In this document: positions 32,196-43,700 of the stretch, in pieces
Layout: each line of letters begins with the position of its first letter
How positions within the stretch are numbered: position 1 is the stretch's first letter
Source of the DNA: Chthoniobacterales bacterium
Lineage (GTDB): Bacteria > Verrucomicrobiota > Verrucomicrobiia > Chthoniobacterales > UBA10450
Length of the DNA: 64,000 bases
Direction of reading: 5' to 3'
Assembly: GCA_039915555.1 (NCBI GenBank)
Contig: JBDSNB010000044.1
Location: 3,122-67,121 of the forward strand
Notes under the pieces: generated by a model
What the model was told of the DNA's origin: nothing
Databases searched by the model: none
Seen by the model: the letters and a program-made list of their open reading frames with translations, nothing else
Translations under genes and position numbers: made by a program

Positions 32196-32723
32196 TCAGA
32201 AACCCGGCGGATGCCGTGCCTCGAAGCCGCGCGGAGTGCGCGGTGTCGCCTGCCAGCGCGGCGCCCAATGACGGTCGCGCCGCATCGTATTCCACGCGGT
32301 CGTGTCGAGCCGGAGACCGGCGATGACGGCGAAGGTGTGACCGTTGCGCGCGTAGACGGTGATCCATTTGCCCTGTCCACGAGCGCCGAACTTCCGGAAA
32401 TCCGAGGAGCTCATGGGTGATTTCACGATCCCCGCCGCGCCCAGCGCGTAAGAGACGGTGCCCGAGCAATCGTAACCGGAATCGTGGAACGAGCGATGGC
32501 CGCCGCCGTAGCGGTAGGGCTTGGTGCGTAGCTGGTTCGCGGCCCAAATGACCTGCTTCACGGCCTGTGGCGCTTCCGCAGGAGCGAGGGCGATTCCGCC
32601 GCGAAGGGTGGCGCGCACGCCGGGAACAACAGGCCCGGTCGTGGGAAAAAGAATGGGGCCGGCGACGGCGGAAGAGATGCAAAAAACCGCCGCAGTGACG
32701 GTCGCGAGAGCCAACGGATTCAT
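32196..32723 (-). CDS. secreted NlpC/P60 (C40)-like peptidase
   Basis: Signal peptide MNPLALATVTAAVFCISSAVAG. The motif YRYGGGH...GYDCSGTVSYAL resembles the catalytic Cys motif of NlpC/P60 proteins. Confidence 0.6.
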   Translation of the reverse strand: MNPLALATVTAAVFCISSAVAGPILFPTTGPVVPGVRATLRGGIALAPAEAPQAVKQVIWAANQLRTKPYRYGGGHRSFHDSGYDCSGTVSYALGAAGIVKSPMSSSDFRKFGARGQGKWITVYARNGHTFAVIAGLRLDTTAWNTMRRDRHWAPRWQATPRTPRGFEARHPPGF

Positions 32724-33118
32724 CGAGGCAGTTTCCTAGCCGGTGTTGTGCCAAAGCACAAACCCGTGGGACGTAATTCTTTGTCCCGCCACGCGCTGCT
32801 TCAGAGCGTCTTGAGATACTCGAGCAGGTTCTCTTTCTCCTCGGGGGCGAGGGTGGTGCCGTAGAGATGGCCCCCGTCTGCCTTCGCCGCGCCGGCGGGT
32901 GTCGAAGAGGAAGAATGGTTGGTGCAATTCGCCGGTCGGTTCGAGGGCGCGCGGCGCGGGTTCGACGAAACCGAGATTAATCGGATCGTAGACATCGTAG
33001 CCGCGCTGAAGAGTGATGGGGCGTTCAACCGCGTGCTTAAGCAGATCGCGCAAGGTGGGGAGCGCTGTAGCCCGGCGCTGCGTGGCCGGGCCGCGCGCAT
33101 GCGCAGCTCACGGAAAGA

Positions 33119-33210
33119 TGGCGGAAGGGGTGGGATTCGAACCCACGGTAGGTTTAACCCTACGTTCGATTTCGAGTCGAGTGCCTTCAACCGGGCTCAG
33201 CCACCCTTCC
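33119..33210 (-). tRNA. tRNA-Ser (anticodon CGA), CCA encoded
   Basis: Reverse complement: GGAAGGGTGGCTGAGCCCGGTTGAAGGCACTCGACTCGAAATCGAACGTAGGGTTAAACCTACCGTGGGTTCGAATCCCACCCCTTCCGCCA. It has a 7-bp acceptor stem, anticodon loop CU-CGA-AA, a long variable arm and a GGTTCGAATCC T-arm. Confidence 0.9.
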
Positions 33211-33307
33211 TTCGTGCGCGGCACGGACTGCTCCGTCAGCGCGCCCTATTATGGGAGGTGGTGGCGCGTTTGGCAACCGCGGGCTGCGTGGCGAGCCTCT
33301 AGGGCCT

Positions 33308-34492
33308 TTATTGCTTCGTGGCGTCGGCGCCGGGCAGCTGCTGGCCGGTGCGCGATTTTACGATCGCGACATCACTGGCGTTGGTCGCGCCGGAGGCGTT
33401 GACGTCGGTGCGGAAATTCGCGCTGCTCAACGCCTGGCTGGTCGAGAGTTTGGTCTGTGCAATGTCGGTCGAACTCACACCGCCGCTGCCGTTCACGTCG
33501 CCGATCAACACACTCATCGGAATGGTAAACGAACGCGTGGTCGTCCCATCGCTCACGTTGTTTAACGTCACGGCGATGGTCTGCGCGTTGGTCACGTTGG
33601 TGAGCGGGATCGTAATCGTGTTGCTACTAATCGAGACCGCCCCGCCGTTGCTCACTCCGCCGGTGCCGATGTTGGCACTGCCCGCGGTGACCTGGGCCTG
33701 CGGACTGCCATTGACGCTGATGGTTCCGCCGGCGGGGTGCGTGACGACCATCTCATAATCATTGCTCGCGCTGTTCGTTCGCGGCTCGATTCCAGCGGTG
33801 CCGGTGAGCGGCAGGGGAATATCGAAGACTCCCACACCGCCGTGCGTTTTCCGGGAAACGGCCGTGACCGAGCTCGCCCGGATGTTGTCGATCCCCAATT
33901 GTCCAACCACCGGGTCGCCGTTCAGGTTGATGGTGCCAGCTTCGTTAATGATGCGGATCTCTTGGAAGCCGTTCTGGAAAAATACGTTGTAGGCCGCGGG
34001 ACCGCCAATCGGGACCAGGTTCGCTGCCGTGATGGGAATCGAGAAATGCTGCCAGCCGCTCCCCGGGGCGAGAATCACCCTTGGGGAAAGATAACCGGGC
34101 GATGCCTGCGAAATTTCCGCCTTGAACGCGATGCGAACCGAGAGCGTGGTGGTGCCTTGATTGATGAGATCGAGCTCGATCGAGGTCACGCCGGTGGAAA
34201 TGTAATTGCCGGTCCACTGGCTGATGATCGGCGGCTTATTGAACGGGTTGTTATAATTCTGCGCCACCAAACGGCCGCCCGAACCGCTGCCGTCCGCCAT
34301 CACCTGAATATAGGCGTCGCCCATCCCGGCCGGCCCCCCTGTGCTGATCAATTCCACGGCAGAAGCGCCGTTCAGCCAGTTCATCCGGGTCCCGTTCTGG
34401 AAATCATCGATCTGCCCGAGCACGATCGCCTCGGCCGGACGGGCAAAAAACAGAACCGGGAGTGCGAGCAGGCAGAAAAATTTCGTCAACAT
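33308..34492 (-). CDS. secreted protein with a C-terminal dockerin-like repeat pair
   Basis: Signal peptide MLTKFFCLLALPVLFFARPAEA (ATG at 34492, GGAGG upstream). Central motif SRKTHGGVGVFDIPLPLTG. The C-terminus GDVNGSGGVSSTDI...DVNASGATNASDVAIVKS resembles dockerin type I Ca-binding loops. Confidence 0.7.
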   Translation of the reverse strand: MLTKFFCLLALPVLFFARPAEAIVLGQIDDFQNGTRMNWLNGASAVELISTGGPAGMGDAYIQVMADGSGSGGRLVAQNYNNPFNKPPIISQWTGNYISTGVTSIELDLINQGTTTLSVRIAFKAEISQASPGYLSPRVILAPGSGWQHFSIPITAANLVPIGGPAAYNVFFQNGFQEIRIINEAGTINLNGDPVVGQLGIDNIRASSVTAVSRKTHGGVGVFDIPLPLTGTAGIEPRTNSASNDYEMVVTHPAGGTISVNGSPQAQVTAGSANIGTGGVSNGGAVSISSNTITIPLTNVTNAQTIAVTLNNVSDGTTTRSFTIPMSVLIGDVNGSGGVSSTDIAQTKLSTSQALSSANFRTDVNASGATNASDVAIVKSRTGQQLPGADATKQ

Positions 34493-34587
34493 GTTGCCTC
34501 CGACCCTATCGAAACCGCGCGCCGAATCAATAAACGGCGGGGAAAGCGTGGCCTCAGTTTGCTTGTGCATCCGTGCGATCATGCCGG

Positions 34588-35385
34588 CTATTCGTCGTCG
34601 TCGCCCTTCACGGGCTTGGCCGGTCCGCTCTCAGCTCCGGAAAAGAGATCGACGCGGATCAAGGGATCGCTCGGCTCTGCGAACGGACCCTCGAAACGCA
34701 GAAACTCGGCGGGCGGTTTGGTCAGCCAGATCTGCGTGTCGGGCACGGTGATGAATAGCTTGGCGATCGCCGGAATCTTCGGATGCACGAGGAAACGATC
34801 GCCGGTCAGAACTCGATCCGACATCTTCATCCGGTCGGTCCCGGCGTGTGAAATTTCCACGGTGACGGTTTTCGGTTTAGGTGTGAATCCGACGGCTTCG
34901 AGCTCGATCTGTTCGCCCTTGACCAGACGGGACCGAAGGTTCTGCACCGCGAGCACGAATCCGTAGCCCCCAAACGTCCGGCCGGGTTGGATCTCGATTT
35001 TCTCGGTCCACGTTTTCATCTCGCCGTCTTCCCGCTTTTTCGCGGTGGCCGTTTGCGCTTTGAAATCAATCGAAAACTCGCGCTGTAGATCGCCGCCTTT
35101 CGTTTCTTTCCACGACCATTCTTCTTGGATCAGTTCATCCTTTTGCCGGAAGACAGCTTTCTCTTCGGTGCGGCCTCCTTTAAATTTGTATTTCAGCGTG
35201 ACGGACAGGCGCCCGTCTTCCAGTTCCTGGGTGAATTCGCCGTCGGCCAGTTTTTTTCCATTCAGATCCAGCATGGCCGGGAAGCCGTGCGCTGGTCCTT
35301 CCAAAGCGGTGACCTCGACCGCGGACGCGGACCACGGGACGAGCAGCGCGAGGGCAAAGAAAAGATGGAGCGTTCTTAGTTTCAT
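34588..35385 (-). CDS. hypothetical secreted beta-rich protein
   Basis: Signal peptide MKLRTLHLFFALALLVPWSASA (ATG at 35385). I recognise no motif. It is on the same strand as the desaturase-family gene and 61 nt downstream of it. Confidence 0.55.
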   Translation of the reverse strand: MKLRTLHLFFALALLVPWSASAVEVTALEGPAHGFPAMLDLNGKKLADGEFTQELEDGRLSVTLKYKFKGGRTEEKAVFRQKDELIQEEWSWKETKGGDLQREFSIDFKAQTATAKKREDGEMKTWTEKIEIQPGRTFGGYGFVLAVQNLRSRLVKGEQIELEAVGFTPKPKTVTVEISHAGTDRMKMSDRVLTGDRFLVHPKIPAIAKLFITVPDTQIWLTKPPAEFLRFEGPFAEPSDPLIRVDLFSGAESGPAKPVKGDDDE

Positions 35386-35445
35386 AAATTTATTGCAACC
35401 GCACCTGCTTCTGCGCTTCCGCAAGCATTGCGGCACTCTAAAACC

Positions 35446-36435
35446 TTACGATCGAACTGCGTCCGCCGGATGCCAGTCAGCTGGCTCATCAGCCGTGTGC
35501 CATTGAGCTCCCACGCGGGGATCGGCGAGGTTGCGCACCAAGTCCACCAAAGCGTGTGAGTAGCTCGGGAACGGCGGACGCTCTCTGTCGGCTGCCGGTT
35601 CGAGATCGATCGCGTATTGCGGCAGCTCGGCATGCGTCAGCCCCGCTCGTTTGTGATGCACCCCGTGATACGGCTCGTGCAGCAGCGAAAAAGAAACCAG
35701 CCGACCCACCCAGCCTTCCGCGACGATGCTACGAGTAGAACTATTAACCGTGTTCCCCGCCAAGCCGACGTGCTCGATGTATTTGCGCCAGCTTTGCAGA
35801 TTCGCCGCGATGATCGCCGGCACGAGATACATCCAGAGAAAATAGCGCCCGAGCTGGAAGTAAAAGACCGCGGCCAGAACCAAGCTCCACACGATCACGG
35901 TCGCGATAATTTCCGCCCAAATCCGTCGGCGCACTTTTTTCTGACGAATCGGCGAACCGCTGCGCAGAAAAGCGCGTTGGAACAAAAACGGGGTGAAGAG
36001 CAAACCGGCCGTGAGCTCGAGAAACGCGGCCAGCACCCGACCCCAGCGCGGCGTTCCTACGCGCACAAACGGCCACAGTTCCTCATCGCGCTCGGTGCCG
36101 AGATTGGCGTGATGCGTTTGATGGGCTGCGCGGTAGAGGCTGAAGCTCATGAAACTGAGGATGCCGAGGAAGACGCCGTTCACTTCATTGAAGCGTCGGT
36201 TGCGCTGCAGCATGCCATGCGACGCTTCGTGGAAACCCACGAGCGACCCGTGCATGAGATGACTGATGAGCAACACGAGCAGCACGACAGCCCAAATGGG
36301 CGCGCCTTGGTAAAGCGCATAAGCCAGTGCGATTTCGCTGAACAAGAAAAACGCGCTCACCACATGATACGCGGAGCGGCTGACCCAATGCGGCTCTTCC
36401 ATCGCGGTCGTTGAGGATGTCGTAGATTCGTTCAT
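35446..36435 (-). CDS. membrane fatty-acid desaturase/hydroxylase-family protein
   Basis: Histidine boxes HEASHG, HQTHHANLG and YHGVHHKR, with 4 or more TM segments. The ATG at 36435 overlaps the stop of the upstream condensation-domain gene (ATGA). Confidence 0.8.
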   Translation of the reverse strand: MNESTTSSTTAMEEPHWVSRSAYHVVSAFFLFSEIALAYALYQGAPIWAVVLLVLLISHLMHGSLVGFHEASHGMLQRNRRFNEVNGVFLGILSFMSFSLYRAAHQTHHANLGTERDEELWPFVRVGTPRWGRVLAAFLELTAGLLFTPFLFQRAFLRSGSPIRQKKVRRRIWAEIIATVIVWSLVLAAVFYFQLGRYFLWMYLVPAIIAANLQSWRKYIEHVGLAGNTVNSSTRSIVAEGWVGRLVSFSLLHEPYHGVHHKRAGLTHAELPQYAIDLEPAADRERPPFPSYSHALVDLVRNLADPRVGAQWHTADEPADWHPADAVRS

Positions 36436-37775
36436 AGCGCGGTCAGAAGAGCTTCGATGCGGCTTTCGGGAGACCGGCAAACGCTGGCCAGCACGGCCTG
36501 GTATATGTCGGCCAGCTTGCGGATCTCATCAATCGGAAACAGGTCGCGGCGGAAGAGCCAGGCCACTTCCAGGGCCTCGCCTTCCTCGTTAATTTCGCAC
36601 CCGAGATCGAAGCGCACCGTGCCGGTGGACCGAGTTTCAAAATGAAACGCCAACGTCGGCACCGCTGCATCCGGTGCCGGATGATTTTGCAGCGCAAAGC
36701 GAATTTCGAAAACTGGATTCCGCCCCGGCGCCTCCGACTCGCCCAGCGCTCGCGTCAGTTCGGCGAAAGGCATCGCATGCGCGAACGCGTCCAACGTCGC
36801 CTGATGCACCGCGCGCAACGTGTCGGAAAACTTCCGCTCCCGCTCGATCCGACCGCGTAACGGCACGATCCCCGCAAAATAACCCATCGTCTCGCGCACC
36901 GTTTGCTTGCTGCGATTCGCCACCGGCGTGCCGACCAGAATGTCCGCCGCGCCCATCCATTGCGAGAGCGCCATCTGAAACGCCGCCAGCAGTGCGCTGA
37001 AAAGTGTGACGCCGTTTTGCCGCGCCATCTCACGTAACGCGCGGCCGAGTTCCGGTGCGACGATCAACGCGAAACGTTCTCGCGACCCTGAATCATTGGC
37101 CGAATTCCAAAATCGTCGCGTGCCGGCTAATGATGTTTTCCAAAACTCGGCCCGCCGCGCGAGCTCCGCCGGTTGCCAGAAAGCGCGCTCCGCGGCGCCC
37201 CATTGCGAATAGGAAAGCGGCAGCGGACGAGGTGCCGCCCGGTCGCCCCTCAGCCCATCGATGTAGGCGGCCACCAACTCCTGAAAGAAAACGCCTAACG
37301 ACCAGCCATCGGCAATCGCGTGATGAATCGCGAAGACGAGCAGGTGGTCATCCGGGCCCATCCGAAACATCTCCACGCGAGAAAGCGGACCCTGCACCAA
37401 ATCGAACGGCTGGCGAAAAACTGCCTGCGTAAATTTTTCGATCGCTTCCGGTTCGCATTGCGCCGCTGAGAGTTCGCGGAAAGTGAACGCCGGCTTGCCC
37501 GTGCTCCGGATCATCTGCATCGGGCGATCCTTTCCCGGCAAAAACGAAAGCCGCAAAACCTCCTGCCGATCCACCACTCTTTGCAACGCGGCCTCACACC
37601 GTTCCGGGGTGAGCGCCCCCCGCGCTCGAATCGTGGCGCAGATATGGTTCGAGACATCGGTCACGAGCACCGGCGAGGTCTCCCACAATTCCCGCTGCGG
37701 AAAGGTCAACGGCTCGAGCCGGGCCTCGCCGCTCTGCAGCCATTGCTTGAAGCGGATGCGTTTGTCGCCGGACAT
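36432..37775 (-). CDS. stand-alone NRPS-type condensation (C) domain protein (PapA-like acyltransferase)
   Basis: 447 aa with the catalytic HHAIADGWS (HHxxxDG) motif. It starts 10 nt downstream of the PKS stop codon. Confidence 0.8.
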   Translation of the reverse strand: MSGDKRIRFKQWLQSGEARLEPLTFPQRELWETSPVLVTDVSNHICATIRARGALTPERCEAALQRVVDRQEVLRLSFLPGKDRPMQMIRSTGKPAFTFRELSAAQCEPEAIEKFTQAVFRQPFDLVQGPLSRVEMFRMGPDDHLLVFAIHHAIADGWSLGVFFQELVAAYIDGLRGDRAAPRPLPLSYSQWGAAERAFWQPAELARRAEFWKTSLAGTRRFWNSANDSGSRERFALIVAPELGRALREMARQNGVTLFSALLAAFQMALSQWMGAADILVGTPVANRSKQTVRETMGYFAGIVPLRGRIERERKFSDTLRAVHQATLDAFAHAMPFAELTRALGESEAPGRNPVFEIRFALQNHPAPDAAVPTLAFHFETRSTGTVRFDLGCEINEEGEALEVAWLFRRDLFPIDEIRKLADIYQAVLASVCRSPESRIEALLTAL

Positions 37776-37784
37776 AGCGCGTCG

Positions 37785-40700
37785 TTAGGCGCGCACTTCC
37801 GGCGCGGGGTCCTCGATCTCGCCCTCGAGCAAACGATCGATCTCCTCGTCGGAAAGCGCTTCCAAATCCACGCCTTCGGCGTGCTCCGTTTCCACCGCCT
37901 CGGACCTTGCGGTCGGCCCAGCCGCCGCGGGTGCATTAGCAGACGCGTGCCCACCGACGAACTCCGCGAGCAAGGTCGCGATCTGGCCGATCGTCCGCGC
38001 GCGCATCAAACTCGCGGGTGGTAAAGCCACTCCGACGGCCGCTTCAAGCGAGTTCTCAATCTCGACCGCCATGAGCGAATCAAGTCCGAGATCCGCCAGC
38101 GGCTGATCGTCGCGCAACGTTTCCGGCTTGACGCGCAAAACCGACCCGACCACTTCGCGCACGGCTTGTCCGATCACACCCTCGCGTTCCTCCAGCGAGG
38201 CGTTTTCAATCTTGCGGGCCCAATCGCCCTTCGCGCCACTCGCGTCCACGCCATCCACCGTGGCCGCGGCAATGTGTTCGAGCAACGGACTCTCTTGCGT
38301 GCCGCGAAAAGCCTGCCGCCATTTCGACCAATCCACTCGCAGCGCCATCGCCTGCGCGGCTCCCGCAGAAAGGAACGACTCCAGCAGGACGGTTAATTCG
38401 TTAGGCGTGAGCGGCGTCAAACCAAGGCGCGCCAAATATTCCGCCACCCGCTCATTGCGCGCCACGTAACCTTCGCCGCCGAGCGCGCCCCAGTTGATCG
38501 CGAGGCCCGGCAAACCGAGCGCCTGCCGATGATGCGCCAGCGCATCGAGAAAGGCGTTGGCTGCGGCGTAGTTGCCTTGCGCCGTACTGCCAAAGACGCT
38601 CGAGACAGACGAAAACATGACGAAGCAATCGAGCTCGAGCCCGAGCGTTCCCTCGTGCAGCAGCCACGCGCCCTGCGCTTTTGGTGCAAGCACGGTGCGC
38701 ATGCGTTCGCGCGTGAGCGAAGCGAGCGGCGCATCGTCGATCACCATCGCCAGATGGAACACGCCCTTGAGCGGATGTCCCGCAGACGAAATCTCCGCCA
38801 GCAATCGTTTCACATCGTCGGCCGATCCCGAATTGGCCTGCACTACTTGCACCTCTACGCCACGACCGCGCAGCTTCGTCAAAAATTCTTCCGCTTCCGG
38901 TGTGGTGGGACCGTTTCGACTCGTGAGCACCAAATGGCGCGCACCGCGATCGACCAGCCATTCGGCCAGCACTTTGCCGAAGCCGCCAAAGGCGCCCGTG
39001 ATCAAATAACTTCCATCCGGTTTCACCACGAAACCCGGCGCCAACGGCTCACCGCGCCGCGCCACGAAAGGTTCCGGAAACGCCACCACCACTTTGCCAG
39101 TGTGCTTGCCCTGCGCCATCCAACGGAAAGCCGCGTCGATCCGTGCCGCGGGGAAGGCGCGGAATTGCAGTGGCCGAAGCGCGTCCTCCGCGACGAGATC
39201 GGTGATCGTGCCCAAAAGCTGGCGCGCCTGTTCTTCGTCGCCAGTAAAGATCGCGTCCATCGCGACGACGTGGAACGACGCGTTCCTGCGCATCGGCCAG
39301 AGCGGAATGCGCGAGTTCTGATAAATGTCGCGTTTCCCGATTTCAACAAAGCGGCCGAAGGGCGCGAGACAGGAAAGTCCCATCGGAATCGCTTCCGCGG
39401 CCAGCGCGTTCAAAACCACGTCCACGCCTTTCCCGCTGGTAATTTCCATGACCGATTCCACAAAGTCTCCGCGCCTCGAATCGATCACATGTTTCACGCC
39501 CAGCACTTCCAGCAGGGCGCGCTTCGCCGGACTGCCCGCGCTCGCGATCACTTCCGCGCCGAGATGATGTGCGATCTGAATCGCCGCCATCCCCACTCCC
39601 CCCGCGCCCGCGTGAACGAGGACGCGCTCGCCCGCTTGCAAGTGGGCCACGGTCTTCAGCGCATGCCACGAAGTCATGAAGACCACCGGCAGGGTGGCCG
39701 CTTCTTCAAACGACAAACCGGTTGGAATCCGACGCACGTCGCCACCACGCGCCATCGCGTGAGTCGCGAGACCGAAAACTGCGAGACCAAAAACGCGATC
39801 GCCCACCGCCACCTGCGTCACGCCATGGCCGACCGCTTTCACCACCCCGGCCACTTCGTCGCCGTAGATGCGCGCGTCAGCCGTTTCTGCCGGGTAAAGC
39901 GCGAGCGCTTTGAGCACGTCGCGGAAATTCATCCCCGCGGCTTTCACTTCGATCGTCACCTGACCCGGTCCACATTCGGGCAGAGCAAACGGCACCAAAC
40001 GCAACGAACTGAGCAGCCCGCGCTCGAGAGATTCGATCCGCAACGGCACCGAGGGATCGAGCACTTCTTCCCGGCGCGGCAACCCGCGACCGATCCGGCG
40101 GACGTAGCGCGCTTCCCCGCGAAACGCGATCTCGGATTCGGAGTCCTTCTGCAAAAGCTCTTCCCAAAGTAAAACGTCGTCCGTCTTCGAAACGGAAGTC
40201 GGAAGATCGATGCCGCGGCAGGTGAGATTCGGATACTCGTTAGCCATCACCCGAAGCATGCCGACGACAGGCGCCTGCTGCACCGCGACGGCGTGCTCGC
40301 GCCCGACCGGTTGCGCGCCGCGCGTCACCAGATCGAGCCGCAGTTTCGCCGTGGCGCCGAGCGCCTGCGTGAGATGCAGGAGCGCATCGACGCTAAACGA
40401 GCCGACGCCCTGCTCGCGCTCATCCAGGCTCCAAAGAAAAACGAGACGCTGGGGAGAATCTTGCGCACATGCTGCCAACAACTGAGTCCAATCCTGCGGC
40501 TCTTCGGCGCGCAGCACGTAGGCGTCTTCTCCTTCGGAGGCGAATGCGCCACCTCGGTGCGCCACTCGGCAACGCGCGCCGGTGGCGCGAATTTGCTGCG
40601 CCAGTCGGTCGCCGGTTCCAGCTTCATCCGCCAATACGAGCCACGAATTTTCCGTGAGCGGCTCAGCCGTCGCGCTGGGCGCGAACGCTTCCGGTTCAAT

Positions 40701-43700
40701 CCACGACTTGCGCGCCATCAGACCAACGAGGCTTTCGTCACCCAACCCCGACAGGGATGCCGTTTCCGCGAAACCCGAATCGCGCAGTGTCTTCGTCCAC
40801 GCATCACGCGAGAGCCGTTGCGCCGTGCTTGTTAGACCAAAAACCGCATTCCACCAGAGATGCGGCTTCGCCATCTCGACCAGGAAGAGACTTCCACCGG
40901 GCGTCAGCAGGTCCTGCAGATTGCGCAGCGCGAAACGCGGATCGGAGGCAAGGTGGAGAACGTCGGCGCCAATGATGAGATCGAAATTCCCCGCCGCGAA
41001 ATCCTGCTCCGCCCCGGGCTGATCGAGATTGAAGGTTTTATATTCCACCTCGGGATACCCCGCCAGGTTCTGCCGCGCGCCAGCAAACGACGCGTCGGTC
41101 GCGTCGCTCAAAATGTAAGAGTGCAGTCCGCGCTCGAGCAGCGGCAGCACTTGCGAGGCGAGGCCACCGGTGCCGGCGACGATCTCCAGGATGCGCAGTC
41201 CGCGCCCCTCGGGAAGATGACTGGCCGCTTCTTTCACCGCCGCACCGACGGCCGCGTGCCAGGGACTAGACCTGAGGCCGTCACCGAAAAATTGCTCGAG
41301 TTGTTCCGGGCCGTCGCCGTTGCTCAAGACCTGCGCCGCGTTCTTCTCGCCCCGCAGCACGGCGCCGAGTTGCGCTGCGCTGGCTGCGACCAGAAGAGCA
41401 TCGGGGAGATGGCCGGGATATTTGGAAATCGCATTGCGAAACACCTCGGCGGCGCCGTCCGCAGTCGCGGTGAAAGCGGAGGTCGGTCGATAGCCGACAC
41501 CTTCTGCCACCAGCAAATCGTTTTGCACGAGACCGTCCATCAACTGCGCAAACGCCGGATGCATCGCGGCGGTGACGCTGAGTGCTTCGGCGGTGAACGT
41601 TTCGTTAGGCCGCGCACCCATTTCGCATAAAACGCGGGCGATTTGCGCTGCCGCCAACTGATCACCGGAGGCACTCGCCGATCGTAACGCTTCGCGCCCG
41701 CGCATTTCGAAAACCTCATCGAGCGCCTGCTGCGCTACGTTTCGCAAACGATCCAACGGCAGCGGCGCCAGCCGTGCGCGCGTGGTTGGAGCGGCAGTCC
41801 GGTCCCATCCGACGTGGTAAACCAGGTCGCGGCCTTTCCCGGTTTTGCCCGAGCGCCGCGCGCCCTCCACGCTGATGACGCGGAAGCCATCGATCCGCAC
41901 GCAGGGCTGGCCGGCGGCGTCGAATAAATCCAGCCCACCCTCAATAAATTCGTCATTGGCTTGGGTGACGCCCGCCCGCACCAAACCCGCCGCGCCGGGC
42001 GAACGCAGGAAGAGGATTCGCGAAAAACGCACCGGCAATCGCAGTCCCGCGTTCTGGCCTTCGAGCGTGGCCGCACCAGCGGAGAAAATTTGGAGCGCGC
42101 CATCAAACAGCGCCGGATGCAGCGAGTACTCGCCGGCCCGTCGCGCGGCCGCTTCAGTTAACGACAGGCGGCCGGCTGATTTTCCAGCGCCCGCCGACAA
42201 CTCGCGGATCGGCCGGAATTCTTCGCCGTAGGGCAATCCGAGATCGCTCATCCGGCCGTAAAAGGTGTCGACTTCCAGCGGCTCCAAACCAGCGGTCGCC
42301 TCCCAATTGGAAGTGGCAAAGGCGGATTCCACGCGCTCCCCGCGCATCGAGCCGACGACATGGACCGACCAGGAGCCGCCGTTCTCAAAGCGACTCTGGA
42401 TTGCGAACGTCCGCTCGTTAGGCTCGAAGGTCAGTTCGAGAAGCAATCCGGAAGCGGGGTCCGGCAGGATGAGCGGTTTGCGGATTTCGAAATCCTCGAC
42501 CGCGAAAGGTTTGCCTTCGAACCATTGTGCGCCCGCTTCGAGCACCATCTCGACGAAACCAGCGGCCGGGAAGACGATAAGATTTTCGACGCGGTGATCC
42601 TTCAGGAACGCCATCTGCCGGCCATCGAGACGCGCGGTCCATGTGGGAGTGGCGCGCGATAACCGGACATCGAGCAACCCACGACCACCGGGAGCGAGCC
42701 GGCCTTCGCGGAGGTCGTGGCCCTCATTCCAGCAACGGCTTTTGTCCCACGGATAGGCCGGCAGATTAAGCAGCCGTCGCGAAGGCGTGGCGGCCTTAAA
42801 GTCGAGCGCCACGCCGGCGAGGTGCAAATCGAGCGCTGTTTCGAGGAAGGCTTCGTGTTCGCGCTCGCGCCGGGTCGACGCCACGACCGTTCCTTTGCTG
42901 CCTTGCTCGGCCAGACATTCCTGAATTGAACGGACCAACGCCGGATGGGATCCGATTTCCAACCACACATCCACGCCGAACTCAGTGACGGCATTGACCG
43001 CGGAAACAAACTCCACCGTGTCGCGGACGCCACTCGCCCAATGCGCGCCCTTGCAGCCTTCGCCCGAGAAGCGCCCGCCGCTGACCGAACTGAAAAACGG
43101 AACTGTTTCCGCACGCGGCTCGAGGTCGGCCAACGCTTCTTCGATCGCGTCCGCTGCCGGCTGCATCATCTCGTGGTGGAAGGGGCTCGCCACCTGCAGG
43201 AACCGGCAAAAAATATCGCGCGAGTCGAGTTCAGCAGCGATGCGTTCGAGCGAGGTCTTTAAGCCCGCGAGCGTCAGCGAACGAGGTCCGTTAAACGCTG
43301 CGATGCTCACTCTGCTGTCGTGCCGGGCGATCACCGCATTCGCTTCGTCCGCGCCCATGCCCACGGCCAGCATGCTGCCGCCAGTCGGCGCGCGATCTTC
43401 CATGAAAATGGACCGCAGCACGATGACCCGCGCCGCTTCCTCCAGGCTAAGAACACCAGCCGCACACGCGGCCGCAACCTCGCCGGTGCTGTGACCCATA
43501 ATCGCGACCGGCTGCACTCCCCACGATTTCCAAAGTTCGGCCAGCGCGACCTGCATCGCGAAAATGGCGGGCTGCACGATCTCCGTGCGATGCATCTGTG
43601 AGTCTTCCTGCGTTCGCGCGAGTTCCTCCAAAAGCGAAAAACGCGCCCAAGGTTTCATCGCCTTGTCGCACGCTTCCATGACCTCGCTGAAGACCGGCTC

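Noticed and set aside
32029-32754. 241-aa minus-strand ORF overlapping the NlpC/P60-like gene
   Set aside because: It is an alternative frame of the same region with an Arg/His/Ser-rich translation. The 175-aa frame has a signal peptide and a DCSG catalytic-type motif.
32724-33307. tRNA-Ser locus as an integration site for a genomic island
   Set aside because: There is no integrase, no direct repeat of the tRNA 3' end, and no compositional break that I could see on either side. Only a short gene-fragment-like stretch is present, reported separately at low interest.
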